Shown one piece after another: positions 40,882-49,442 of a stretch of DNA of 64,000 bases. Numbering within the stretch: position 1 is the stretch's first letter; each line of letters opens with the position of its first letter. A program made the translations under genes and the position numbers. This stretch comes from Synechococcaceae cyanobacterium ELA445 (GTDB lineage: Bacteria > Cyanobacteriota > Cyanobacteriia > PCC-6307 > Cyanobiaceae), in the NCBI GenBank assembly GCA_037134455.1, contig JBAXME010000005.1:1159-65158 (forward strand), given 5' to 3'. The notes below the pieces were generated by a model. That model was not told where the DNA came from. It saw only the letters and a program-made list of their open reading frames with translations, and did not search any database.

Positions 40882-41118
40882 ATGTCCCGGGTTTGTCAAC
40901 TCACCGGCAAGCGCGCCAACAACGGCATGGCGGTCAGCCATTCCCACGTGCGCACCAAGAAGCTCCAACAGGTGAACCTGCAGGAGCGCCGCCTCTGGTG
41001 GGCCGAGGGCAACCGTTGGGTCAAGCTGCGGCTCGCCACCAGCACCCTGCGCACCATCCAGAAGAAAGGTCTGGGTGCCTACGCCAAGGAGCTGGGGATC
41101 AACCTCGCCAAACTCTGA
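40882..41118 (+). CDS. rpmB: 50S ribosomal protein L28
   Basis: [34 protein letters not shown]. Confidence 0.98.
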   Translation: MSRVCQLTGKRANNGMAVSHSHVRTKKLQQVNLQERRLWWAEGNRWVKLRLATSTLRTIQKKGLGAYAKELGINLAKL

Positions 41119-41169
41119 GCGTTCAGCCCAACCGCTGGATCTCTCCCCAGTTCACAACCGCCTGGATCC

Positions 41170-41742
41170 GTGAACCGTCGTCAGCTGCTCGTCGGTTCCG
41201 CCCAAGGTGCAACCTTCCTCTTGTTTGGCCTGCTGGGATTGCCCCAGCGGGCCTTTTCCATGGGCGGCGACCTGCCCGAACTCAACGGCCCCGCGCCCGG
41301 TTTCACCCTGGCGGCGACGGGCCTGGAGGATGGCGGCCCGGATGGAACGGCCAGCCTGGAGGGCTTCCACGGCCGCTGGCTGGCCCTCTACTTCTATCCC
41401 AAGGATTTCACCGGCGGCTGCACCCTGGAGGCCCGCGGTTTTCAAAAGGATCTGGCCGCCTTCCGTGCCCGGGGCGCCGAAGTGGTGGGCATCAGTGCGG
41501 ACAGCCCTGATCAGCACGCCTCCTTCTGTGACAGCGAGGGGCTTCGCTTCCCCCTGCTCTCGGATCCCGGCGGCCAGGTGAGCCGCCTATATGGCTCCTG
41601 GATCCCCCCCTTCTCCCAACGTCACACCTTCCTGATCGACCCGGACGGGGTGGTGCGGGCCCGCTGGGTGGCGGTGCGCCCGGTGGGCCACAGCCAGGAG
41701 GTGCTCGCCGAACTCACCCGGCTCCAGACCACAGGGGCATGA
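41170..41742 (+). CDS. bcp: Peroxiredoxin Q/BCP with Tat-like leader
   Basis: YFYPKDFTGGCTLEA (peroxidatic Cys) and FCDSEGLRFPLLSD; N-terminus RRQLL plus hydrophobic stretch. Confidence 0.92.
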   Translation: MNRRQLLVGSAQGATFLLFGLLGLPQRAFSMGGDLPELNGPAPGFTLAATGLEDGGPDGTASLEGFHGRWLALYFYPKDFTGGCTLEARGFQKDLAAFRARGAEVVGISADSPDQHASFCDSEGLRFPLLSDPGGQVSRLYGSWIPPFSQRHTFLIDPDGVVRARWVAVRPVGHSQEVLAELTRLQTTGA

Positions 41743-41829
41743 TCCGGCTCTGGTAGCCGGTGAGCTTGCTGGGTGTTGGGCCGCACCGCCCGGGGCCGAT
41801 AGCGTTGGGCACTCCGTAGAACCAACCCG

Positions 41830-42732
41830 ATGACCTCCAGGGTCACCAGCCGCCGCGAGATGCTCCGCTTGGTGTTGGGCGGTGGCCTGGTGGCAGGCCT
41901 GCTGCTGGGCCGGGAGGCCACCGCCCAGCGACTCGCTGCCAGTGCTGGCTCTGGAGACAGCCTGCATTGGCTGGCGGTGGCCGATACCGGTGGGGGCAAT
42001 CCCGAACAGCGGGCGGTGGGGGCGCGGATGGTGGCCGTCCACCGGGCCCGGCCCCTGGATCTCGTGGTTCTTGGGGGTGACAACATCTACCCCGACGGCG
42101 ACATCGCCCAGGTCAAGGAAAAGTTCACGATCCCCTACAAGGGCCTGCTGGAGGCCGGCGTACCGTTTCACGCCGTGCTGGGCAACCACGACATCCGCAC
42201 CGCCAACGGGGATCCCCAGATCGCCTATCCCCCCTTCGGCATGAAGGGGCGCTGGTACACCCTCCGGAAGGGCCCTGTCGAGTTTTTCATGATCGACACC
42301 AACGTGAACGCCAACTGGGGTCGCCAGCTCCCCTGGCTTCGGGAGGCCCTGGCCGCCAGCACCGCCCCCTGGAAGGTGGTGGTGGGTCACCACCCGATCT
42401 ATTCCTCCGGTTACTACGGCAATGACGAAGTGGCCAGGGACCGGCTTGCACCCCTCTTCCGCAGTGCCCGCGTGCAGCTCTACATCAACGGGCACGACCA
42501 CAACTACGAGCGCAGCAAGCCGATCCATGGCACCACCTACCTGGTGGTGGGAGGGGGTGGCGCCTACCTTCGCCCGATCGATCCAGGGGGGAACAGCGCC
42601 CGGGCCATCAGCGTGCACAGCTTTGCCGAGCTGACCGCCGGCAAGGACAGCCTCGAGATCCAGGCCTGGGACATCGATGGCCGTCCGATCGACCGGGCCG
42701 TGCTCGACCGCAGCGGCAAGGTGGTGAGCTGA
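41830..42732 (+). CDS. Tat-exported metallophosphoesterase, purple acid phosphatase-like
   Basis: SRREML signal; ADTG, GDNIY, GNHD, VVGHH and GHDH metal-ligand blocks. Confidence 0.88.
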   Translation: MTSRVTSRREMLRLVLGGGLVAGLLLGREATAQRLAASAGSGDSLHWLAVADTGGGNPEQRAVGARMVAVHRARPLDLVVLGGDNIYPDGDIAQVKEKFTIPYKGLLEAGVPFHAVLGNHDIRTANGDPQIAYPPFGMKGRWYTLRKGPVEFFMIDTNVNANWGRQLPWLREALAASTAPWKVVVGHHPIYSSGYYGNDEVARDRLAPLFRSARVQLYINGHDHNYERSKPIHGTTYLVVGGGGAYLRPIDPGGNSARAISVHSFAELTAGKDSLEIQAWDIDGRPIDRAVLDRSGKVVS

Positions 42733-42744
42733 CCTCCCTCCGGT

Positions 42745-44046
42745 TCAGCAATCCAAGGTGTGCTGACGCTCCCAGGCGCTCACCTGGCTGGTGGCCTGAC
42801 GCCACTCCCTGATCCGCAGGGTCTCGTAGGCAGAACAGAAGGGTTCCCCCAGGCTCTCTCGTAGTCGACCATCAGCTGCGAAGGCCATCAGGGCCTCGCC
42901 GAGGCTGGCGGGCAGGGGGCGCGCATGGATGGTGGCTCCGGGATCGGCGTAGCTGTCGTTGTCGGAGCGGGGGCCTGGATCGAGTTGGCGTTCGATGCCA
43001 TCCAGCCCCGCCGCCAGCACCGCCGCCTGCAGCAGGTAGGGGTTGGTGGAGCCATCGGGCAGCCGCAGCTCGATGCGCTGGTCGTCGGGGATGCGCACCA
43101 TGTGGGTGCGGTTGTTGCCGCTGTAGCTGATGCCCCCTGGGGACCAGGTGGACCCGGAGCTGGTGGGGGGGGCCGCCAGGCGCCGGTAGCTGTTGACCGT
43201 GGGATTGGTGAGGCAACTGAGCGCCGGAGCATGCTCCAGCAGGCCGGCGAGAAACTGATAGGCCAAGACCGAGAGACCCAGCTCGCCGCCGGCGTCATGG
43301 AAAAGGTTGCGCCCCTGGCCGTCCCAAAGGGAGAGGTGGGTGTGGCAACCGTTGCCCGTGAGGGCGCTGAAGGGCTTGGGCATGAAGGTGGCCCGGCCGC
43401 CATGGGTTTCCGCCAGGGTCTTGACCATCACCTTGAAGAAGGCATGGCGATCAGCGGTGACCAAGGCATCGTCGAACGTCCAGTTGAGCTCGAACTGGCC
43501 GTTGGCATCTTCGTGATCGGCCTGGTAAGGCCCCCAGCCCAGGCTGTCCATCGCCCCCACCAGTTGGGCAACCAGGGGCAGTTGGCGCATCAGGGCTAAC
43601 TGGTCGTAGCAGGGTTTGCTCTGCTGGTCGGCCCCATCGGCCAGGGCTTCTCCCGATGGATTGAGCAGGAAGAACTCCGCTTCCACGCCACTGCGCAAGT
43701 GGAACCCGAGCCGTTCAGCCCGCTCCAACTGCCGCTTGAGCACCTGGCGTGGGGACTGCTCCAGGGGCTGACCCTCCAGCAATAGATCGCCCGCCACCCA
43801 GGCCACCTCCGGCTGCCAGGGCAGGGGCATCAGGCTGGCTGGATCGGGGATGGCCAACACGTCTCCGTCGGCGGGGGAGAGATCCAGCCAGGCGGCAAAG
43901 CCCGCGAATCCCGCTCCACTCACCTCCATCTCGGCGATGGCCCGGGCGGGCACGAGCTTGGCCCGCTGCACGCCAAACAGATCCGTGAAGGAGACCAGAA
44001 AGTGGGCGATTCCGTTGGTCTGGGCGTAGGCCTGAAGGCGACTCAT
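42745..44046 (-). CDS. glnT: Glutamine synthetase-like ligase of the GlnT/GmaS (gamma-glutamyl-amine synthetase) group
   Basis: FLVSFTDLFGVQRAKLVPA, GAGFAGFAAWLD, GVEAEFF, DHEDANGQFE, FMPKPF..TGNGCHTH, NNRTHMVRIP and IELRLPD...NPYL. Confidence 0.88.
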   Translation of the reverse strand: MSRLQAYAQTNGIAHFLVSFTDLFGVQRAKLVPARAIAEMEVSGAGFAGFAAWLDLSPADGDVLAIPDPASLMPLPWQPEVAWVAGDLLLEGQPLEQSPRQVLKRQLERAERLGFHLRSGVEAEFFLLNPSGEALADGADQQSKPCYDQLALMRQLPLVAQLVGAMDSLGWGPYQADHEDANGQFELNWTFDDALVTADRHAFFKVMVKTLAETHGGRATFMPKPFSALTGNGCHTHLSLWDGQGRNLFHDAGGELGLSVLAYQFLAGLLEHAPALSCLTNPTVNSYRRLAAPPTSSGSTWSPGGISYSGNNRTHMVRIPDDQRIELRLPDGSTNPYLLQAAVLAAGLDGIERQLDPGPRSDNDSYADPGATIHARPLPASLGEALMAFAADGRLRESLGEPFCSAYETLRIREWRQATSQVSAWERQHTLDC

Positions 44047-44118
44047 GGAGGAGGTTGACGCAAGGGTGAGGTCAAGGCGGCCAGGATGGCGGAGGCAACG
44101 CCAACCGCTGGTAGGGGA

Positions 44119-45138
44119 TCAGACCAAGCCAGGCCCCCTCCAGAGACGATCCACCGCCGAACGCAGTTGGGTCTGCTCGACAGGGCTGTTGCGGGGATTA
44201 CCGGCCCGGTGGCCCAGCACCGATTCGATCACTTCGAAGTGGGCTCCGGGAATACGGGCCGCGTCGGCCGCCATGTCGTCGACGGTGAAATAGAGATCGT
44301 GGCGGCCCGCCAGCACGGAGGTGCGGGCCCTGATCGAGCCGAGGGCGGCCGCCAGATCGCCGTGGTGGGGGGCTCCGGCGGAGACGTCATGGGCCATCCA
44401 GGTGTCGATCATGGCGATCAGGTCGCGGGGGTCGTGGCGGCGGTAGGCCGGCAGCCACTGGGTCTCCACGTAGTCCTCCACCGCCATGGGGCCTGCGGTG
44501 AGGTGGTGCCCTTCGCCGTAGAAGCGTTGGCTGGCGGCCCAACTGGCGTAGATCAGGGCAAAGGTGCGCAACCCCTCGATCGGCTCGGCCTCGAAACCCG
44601 TGCCGGTCCAGTGGCGGTCTGCGGTGAGGGCCTGGCGCAGGCTGTGGAGGAACAGGCGGTTGTGGATGGCGGTGCGGGCGGTGCCACAGACGACGCAAAG
44701 CCGCTCCACCGCCTCAGGAACGTCCACGGCCCACTGGTACCCCTGCTGGCCCCCCATGGACCAGCCATAGATCAGGGCCAGACGCTCGATGCCGAACTGC
44801 TCCCACAACAGACGGCGCTGGGCGCGCACGTTGTCGCCGTGGCTGACCACCCAGCCAGATTCCGCCAGGCCCATGGCCCCGTGGCTGGGGCTGCTGGAGA
44901 GCCCGTTGCCCCACATGTCGACGATGACGATGAAGTGGCGCTGGGGGTCGAGCACCGGGCCCACCGCCCAGGCGATGTCGCCATGGTGAGCGCCGTAGGA
45001 GGTGGGGTAAAGCACCGCATTGGAGCGCTCCGCGTTCAGCTCGCCAAAGGTGCAGTAGCTGAGCTGGGCCTCCGCAATGGTGTGACCACAGGCCAGGGGG
45101 AAGGGGCCCAGTGCAAAACGGCCGCTGGTCCCACTCAC
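44119..45138 (-). CDS. Alpha/beta hydrolase, homoserine O-acetyltransferase (MetX)-like
   Basis: LSYCTFGELN, GWSMGG nucleophile elbow, HDLYF acid and GHRAG His. GTG start overlaps the desaturase TGA (GTGA). Confidence 0.85.
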   Translation of the reverse strand: MSGTSGRFALGPFPLACGHTIAEAQLSYCTFGELNAERSNAVLYPTSYGAHHGDIAWAVGPVLDPQRHFIVIVDMWGNGLSSSPSHGAMGLAESGWVVSHGDNVRAQRRLLWEQFGIERLALIYGWSMGGQQGYQWAVDVPEAVERLCVVCGTARTAIHNRLFLHSLRQALTADRHWTGTGFEAEPIEGLRTFALIYASWAASQRFYGEGHHLTAGPMAVEDYVETQWLPAYRRHDPRDLIAMIDTWMAHDVSAGAPHHGDLAAALGSIRARTSVLAGRHDLYFTVDDMAADAARIPGAHFEVIESVLGHRAGNPRNSPVEQTQLRSAVDRLWRGPGLV

Positions 45139-46070
45139 GCCGGCAGGGCCAGGCTCGGCAGCCGCTGCAGCAGGTCGCGGTGCACGGCCAAGTAGCCAGG
45201 ATCGCAGTGCTGGAGACGGGGGGCGATCAGGCCATGGGCGGCCGGAAGGGCATGGAAAGGAAGGGACGGATAGAGGTGGTGCTCGGCATGGAACGGCATG
45301 TTCCACATCAGCCAGCGGACTGGCGCCAAGGTGAGGGTGGTGCGGGTGTTGGCGGTGCCATTGCTGTCAAAGCTGCAGCCGGCGTGCTCCGCCAGCAGCA
45401 GGAAGCGCAGAAACGGCTGGCCGATGGCTAAGGGCAACAGCCAGTACCAGAGCAGAAAACCATTCCCCCCGATCAGGGACGCCAGTGCCACCAGGCCATA
45501 GGCGGCGAACTGGAGGCGCACGGAACGGCGCACCGAAACAATCACCTCAGGGTTGAGATAGGGGAGGTGCGAGACATCCCCGCCCAGCAGGAGGGTGAGA
45601 TGCCCCCGCAGCTTGCCGACCCACCAGTTCCAGCCGCCGATCTCGAGCCCGTACTCCCACAGGTTGGTGGGGGGCGCATCCTCCAGTTCAGGGTCCAGGC
45701 CGGGCAGGTGGGTGTAGCGGTGGTGCCACTGGTGGTAGCGGCGGTAGAAGGTGGCGTTGTAGAAGCTCAGCAGCCCGGCCAGCCAGGCGGCAGCGTCATT
45801 AAGACGCCGATCGGCGAAGGCGGTGCGATGACCGCACTCATGCATGGGCGCAAAGCAGGTGGCCAGGCAGACCCCAAGGGCGACCAAGGCCAACAGGCGC
45901 AAGGGCAGGGGAAGCGCGGCCTGCCCCCACACCACTCCGGCCCCAACGATCAGAGCCAGGTGGGAAACCAAGCGAAGGGAAGCGGGACCGTTGGCTGAGC
46001 GGTTGAGACCGGCCAGTTGCTCCTTGGTGAGCAACGGAAGTTCTGGGGCGGAAGGCAGGGTGGACGTCAT
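45135..46070 (-). CDS. Membrane di-iron fatty-acid-desaturase-superfamily enzyme (MocD-like)
   Basis: Three His boxes HECGH, HQWHH and HAEHH; TM helices. Confidence 0.88.
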   Translation of the reverse strand: MTSTLPSAPELPLLTKEQLAGLNRSANGPASLRLVSHLALIVGAGVVWGQAALPLPLRLLALVALGVCLATCFAPMHECGHRTAFADRRLNDAAAWLAGLLSFYNATFYRRYHQWHHRYTHLPGLDPELEDAPPTNLWEYGLEIGGWNWWVGKLRGHLTLLLGGDVSHLPYLNPEVIVSVRRSVRLQFAAYGLVALASLIGGNGFLLWYWLLPLAIGQPFLRFLLLAEHAGCSFDSNGTANTRTTLTLAPVRWLMWNMPFHAEHHLYPSLPFHALPAAHGLIAPRLQHCDPGYLAVHRDLLQRLPSLALPA

Positions 46071-46106
46071 GGCAGCTAGTTCATCAGACCGCCCGGGGGG
46101 CCTTCG

Positions 46107-46120
46107 GTAGACATCATCAC
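46107..46120 (-). promoter_or_regulatory. Putative NtcA site (GTG-N8-TAC variant)
   Basis: Minus strand GTG-ATGATGTC-TAC, 36 bp upstream of the desaturase ATG. The -10 at the expected distance (TGAACT) is imperfect. Confidence 0.4.
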
Positions 46121-46144
46121 CATTTGGAGGAGGTGACTGCCGCT

Positions 46145-47170
46145 TCAGCGAAATTTTTCCAGCACCACCTTGCCGATGCTGGTGTGGCTTTCCACCAGGG
46201 CATGGGCCCTGCGCAGGTGGAGCGCATCAATCGGCCCCAGCCGCTGGGCCAGGGTGCTGCGGATCCGCCCCTCCAGCACCAGCTGGGCCAGCCGCTCCAG
46301 CAACGCCCCCTGCCGATCCATGTCGGCGGTTTGAAACAGCGAACGGGTGAACATGAACTCCCAATGCAGGCTGAGGGATTTTTTCTTGAGCAGCCGCAGG
46401 TCGATGGCGGCGGGATCGGGATCATCGATCAGGGCCAGGGCCCCCTGGGGGGCGAGCAGATCGGCGAGCGCTGGGAAATGTCGATCGGTGTGGGTCAGGC
46501 TGACCACGTGCTGCACCGCATCGAAACCGAGCGCCTCCAGTTGGGGTCTGAGTGGTTGGTGATGGTCGATCACGTGGTGGGCCCCCAGGTCGCGGACCCA
46601 GGCCTGGCTCTCGGGCCGCGAGGCAGTGGCGATCACCGTGCGACCGGTGAGCTGGCGCAACAGTTGGATAGCGATGGAACCCACCCCGCCGGCGGCCCCT
46701 ACCACCAGTACGTGGTCCCCGCGGCCAAGGGCAGGGTCAGGTTCCAGACGCAACCGATCAAACAGCAGCTCCCAGGCGGTGATCGCCGTCAGGGGCAGGG
46801 CTGCCGCCTGGCCATCGTCCAGGCAGGTGGGGGCGACGGCGACGAGGCGCTCATCCACCCGATGCCATTCAGCGTTGCAGCCGTCGCGGTCGAGGGCGCC
46901 GGCGTACCAGACCCGATCCCCCGGCCTGAAACGGCTGACCCGCGCCCCCACCGCCTCCACGACGCCCACGGCATCCCAGCCCAGCACCTTCCAGCCCCCG
47001 GGCGCTGCCCCGTCGCGCCGTCGCACCTTGGTGTCCACAGGATTGACGGCCACGGCGGACACCCGCACCAGCAGATCGCGCTCCAAAGGGACGGGGCGGG
47101 GCAGCTCGATGTCCACCAAGGAACGGGGATCCTCGACGGGCAGGGGCTGGCCGTAGCCGACGGCGTGCAT
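46145..47170 (-). CDS. Medium-chain dehydrogenase/reductase (zinc-binding ADH family, quinone-oxidoreductase-like)
   Basis: VNPVDTKVR, LGWDAVG, AAALPLTAITAWELLFDRL, GAAGGVGS and HWEFMFTR; no Zn-binding cysteines seen. Confidence 0.9.
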   Translation of the reverse strand: MHAVGYGQPLPVEDPRSLVDIELPRPVPLERDLLVRVSAVAVNPVDTKVRRRDGAAPGGWKVLGWDAVGVVEAVGARVSRFRPGDRVWYAGALDRDGCNAEWHRVDERLVAVAPTCLDDGQAAALPLTAITAWELLFDRLRLEPDPALGRGDHVLVVGAAGGVGSIAIQLLRQLTGRTVIATASRPESQAWVRDLGAHHVIDHHQPLRPQLEALGFDAVQHVVSLTHTDRHFPALADLLAPQGALALIDDPDPAAIDLRLLKKKSLSLHWEFMFTRSLFQTADMDRQGALLERLAQLVLEGRIRSTLAQRLGPIDALHLRRAHALVESHTSIGKVVLEKFR

Positions 47171-47173
47171 GGC

Positions 47174-48238
47174 TCAGCGGGCAAGGGCAGGTCTGGAGCT
47201 GGCGGTGGGCAGACCTGCCGCCAAGAGCTGGCGGTGAATGGCAGTGGCCTCGCGTTGGCGCTCGATTCCCCCTGGCTCCGGAGGCTGGTCCAGGGATGCT
47301 TGCCACTCTCCGAGGAGCCCCTCGGCGTCAAGCGGGCGATCCAGATCCGCGCAGGGGCAACCAATCGCCTCGGCGGCGGCGCGCACCTTGGGGTCATAGC
47401 TGAGGGCTGCGCAGGGGGCTCCGGCCAGGGCGGCGAGGATCAAGCCATGCAGACGCATGGCGATCACCAGACCCGCCCGCTCAAACAGCACCTGGGCCTC
47501 GCCCGGACTCTGGGCCGCCACCGCCACGCTTCTCCGGGCAAGGCGCTCACTCAGCAGCCCCCGGGACCGCAACTCCTCGAGCAGGTCCCTGTCCTGATCG
47601 AGATGGAAGGGAAGCCAGTGCACAGGCCGATCGGCCTGCTCGGCCAACCTATCCAGGGCATCCAGCAGCAGCAGCCAGCCGTCATGGGTCAACAGCGGAC
47701 TGAATCGCCAACACAACAGGATCGCCCCCCCTTCCCCCTGCCAGGAACCCTGGGGCAGGCTCCAGACCGGGTCGCTGCCCTGTAGGGAGACCACCCCCCA
47801 GCGGGCCGCCAGGGCGGCGGAGGCAGGATCACGCCAGCTGATGCCACTGGCCAGGGGGAGAAGCCAACGCACCAGCGTGCGACTGCGGAAACGCTTGAGC
47901 GGACCAAGGCCCTGGCCCCAGAGCAGCACGGGCTTGGCCCCTAACCGGGCGGCCACGATCAGCAGCGCGTAATAGAGGAGGCTGCGGAAGCTGGTGGCGT
48001 CCTGCAGCAGGCTGCCCCCACCCAGCACCAGCGCATCGCAATGCTGGAGGGCCGCCAGCACGGCCCCGAGGCTGCGGCGGGGGCAGGTGGCCACCGCGAA
48101 ACGGGCCTCCACCTGTGCCTGGTCATGGGCGGTGACGATGGGCTCGTGGCCTGGCGGCAGTTGCTCCAGCAGGGCCGCCAGCAGGGCGTCATCACCGAGG
48201 TTGTGCTCGCCGTAGTAGCCGCAGAGCAGAGGCCGCAT
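47174..48238 (-). CDS. csaB: Polysaccharide pyruvyl transferase CsaB
   Basis: GYYGEHNLGDDALL, LGGGSLLQDATS, MRLHGLILA and SYDPKV. Confidence 0.92.
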   Translation of the reverse strand: MRPLLCGYYGEHNLGDDALLAALLEQLPPGHEPIVTAHDQAQVEARFAVATCPRRSLGAVLAALQHCDALVLGGGSLLQDATSFRSLLYYALLIVAARLGAKPVLLWGQGLGPLKRFRSRTLVRWLLPLASGISWRDPASAALAARWGVVSLQGSDPVWSLPQGSWQGEGGAILLCWRFSPLLTHDGWLLLLDALDRLAEQADRPVHWLPFHLDQDRDLLEELRSRGLLSERLARRSVAVAAQSPGEAQVLFERAGLVIAMRLHGLILAALAGAPCAALSYDPKVRAAAEAIGCPCADLDRPLDAEGLLGEWQASLDQPPEPGGIERQREATAIHRQLLAAGLPTASSRPALAR

Positions 48239-48304
48239 CAGGAATCGGGCCGCACCAGCCCCGCCGGCTTCGTACATTACGGACCACAGCCAGTGCGGGG
48301 CACG

Positions 48305-48595
48305 GTGCACGCCCTCTCCCTTCCCACCTGGTGGATCCACGTCACCTCCGTGCTGGAGTGGGCCCTGGCCATGGTGGCGATTCAGCAGTGGGGCCGCCAA
48401 CGGCAGGAACCCGAGTGGACCTGGCTTTCCTTGGCGATGGTGCCGGCCCTGATCAGCGCCATGGCCGCCTGCACCTGGCACCTGTTCGATAACGCGGCCG
48501 AACTGCAAGGCCTGGTGGTGTTCCAGGCGGCAACCACCCTGGTGGGCAACGTGGCCTTGGCGGGGGCAGCCTGGCGCCTGGCCCTGCCGCGATGA
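48305..48595 (+). CDS. DUF2499 / Ycf49-like membrane protein
   Basis: HALSLPTWWIHVTSVLEW...ACTWHLFDN; GTG start. Confidence 0.85.
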   Translation: MHALSLPTWWIHVTSVLEWALAMVAIQQWGRQRQEPEWTWLSLAMVPALISAMAACTWHLFDNAAELQGLVVFQAATTLVGNVALAGAAWRLALPR

Positions 48596-48909
48596 CTGAC
48601 ACCATTGGCTCCCTGCTCGAAGCCTGGGGCCGATTTGATCCGGCACCCCTGTTCGTCCTTTCCCTGTTGCCTTACCTGGCCTTCCTCCGCTGGGCTGGCC
48701 GCAGCGGCCGCTTCCCTGCCATCGCCCTGCGTGGCTTCTGGCTCACCCTGCTGTTTGTCGCCGTGACGATCGTGGCTGCGGTGGTGGCCCAACAGCGTTT
48801 CGGTGCCCAATTAGCCGACGTGGATGCCCTGCACGGCGGGGCCGAAGCCTTTCTGACCCTCAGCAACCTCTTCATCCTGGTGGGGTTCGCCAGCAGGCCC
48901 AAGCCCTGA
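48592..48909 (+). CDS. DUF3593 membrane protein
   Basis: LFVLSLLPYLAFL, LLFVAVTI and VDALHGGAEAFLTLSNL; overlaps the ycf49-like stop. Confidence 0.82.
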   Translation: MTDTIGSLLEAWGRFDPAPLFVLSLLPYLAFLRWAGRSGRFPAIALRGFWLTLLFVAVTIVAAVVAQQRFGAQLADVDALHGGAEAFLTLSNLFILVGFASRPKP

Positions 48910-49162
48910 AGCAGATCGAAGTGGATCCGGCGGCCGCTCCAGTTGGAGGAGGTTTTTCAGTTTCCTGAGCGACCATCCAAAGGAGCCGGTCATCAAGAAA
49001 GGAACGCCAAGCCCCAGGCCCTCGCTTTCTCCCCAATGCTGGCGAACTCCTTGGCCGCATGGCGAGGGCGGGGCAAGGGAGGAGCGTTTCAGCGATGAAC
49101 AAGTCTTAAGGGCCCATCCACCTGCCGGGGATCACCCGGAAGATGGGGCGCGTCGCTTTGCC

Positions 49163-49429
49163 TTGACTCCCATGATTCTTCCGCTCCTGGCCGTAGCTCC
49201 CGCCTCGCTCTCCTGGTCGCCGAAGGTGGCCCTGGTGATGATCGTCGCCAACGTGATCGCCATCGGCATTGGCAAAGCCACCATCAAGTACCCCAACGAA
49301 GGCGCGCAGCTGCCCAGCCCCCAGTTCTTCGGCGGACTCAGCCATGCCTCGCTGCTGGCCACCACCAGCTTCGGCCACCTCTTGGGCATCGGCGCCATCC
49401 AGGGCCTCGCCTCCCGCGGCGTGCTCTGA
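49163..49429 (+). CDS. psaK: Photosystem I subunit PsaK
   Basis: WSPKVALVMIVANVIAI...FGHLLGIGAIQGLASRGVL; start TTG 49163 or ATG 49172. Confidence 0.93.
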   Translation: MTPMILPLLAVAPASLSWSPKVALVMIVANVIAIGIGKATIKYPNEGAQLPSPQFFGGLSHASLLATTSFGHLLGIGAIQGLASRGVL

Positions 49430-49442
49430 GTTCCGAGGGGCC

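Noticed and set aside
42745-44046. Calling the ligase glnA or cyanobacterial glnN (large GSIII)
   Set aside because: Its length (433 aa) and the TDLFG/GAGFAGFA/NNRTHM motifs fit the GlnT/GmaS group, not GSI or the ~720-aa GlnN.
44119-45306. 395-aa version of the hydrolase
   Set aside because: The first 56 codons overlap the desaturase in another frame; the GTGA-coupled start at 45138 fits better.
46071-46125. Resemblance to a fluoride (crcB) riboswitch, a C/D-box RNA or a hammerhead core (GGTGATG...CTGATGA)
   Set aside because: The pseudoknot complementarity of the fluoride riboswitch is absent, there is no GAAA hammerhead partner, and the downstream genes are not fluoride-related. The NtcA-site reading is simpler.
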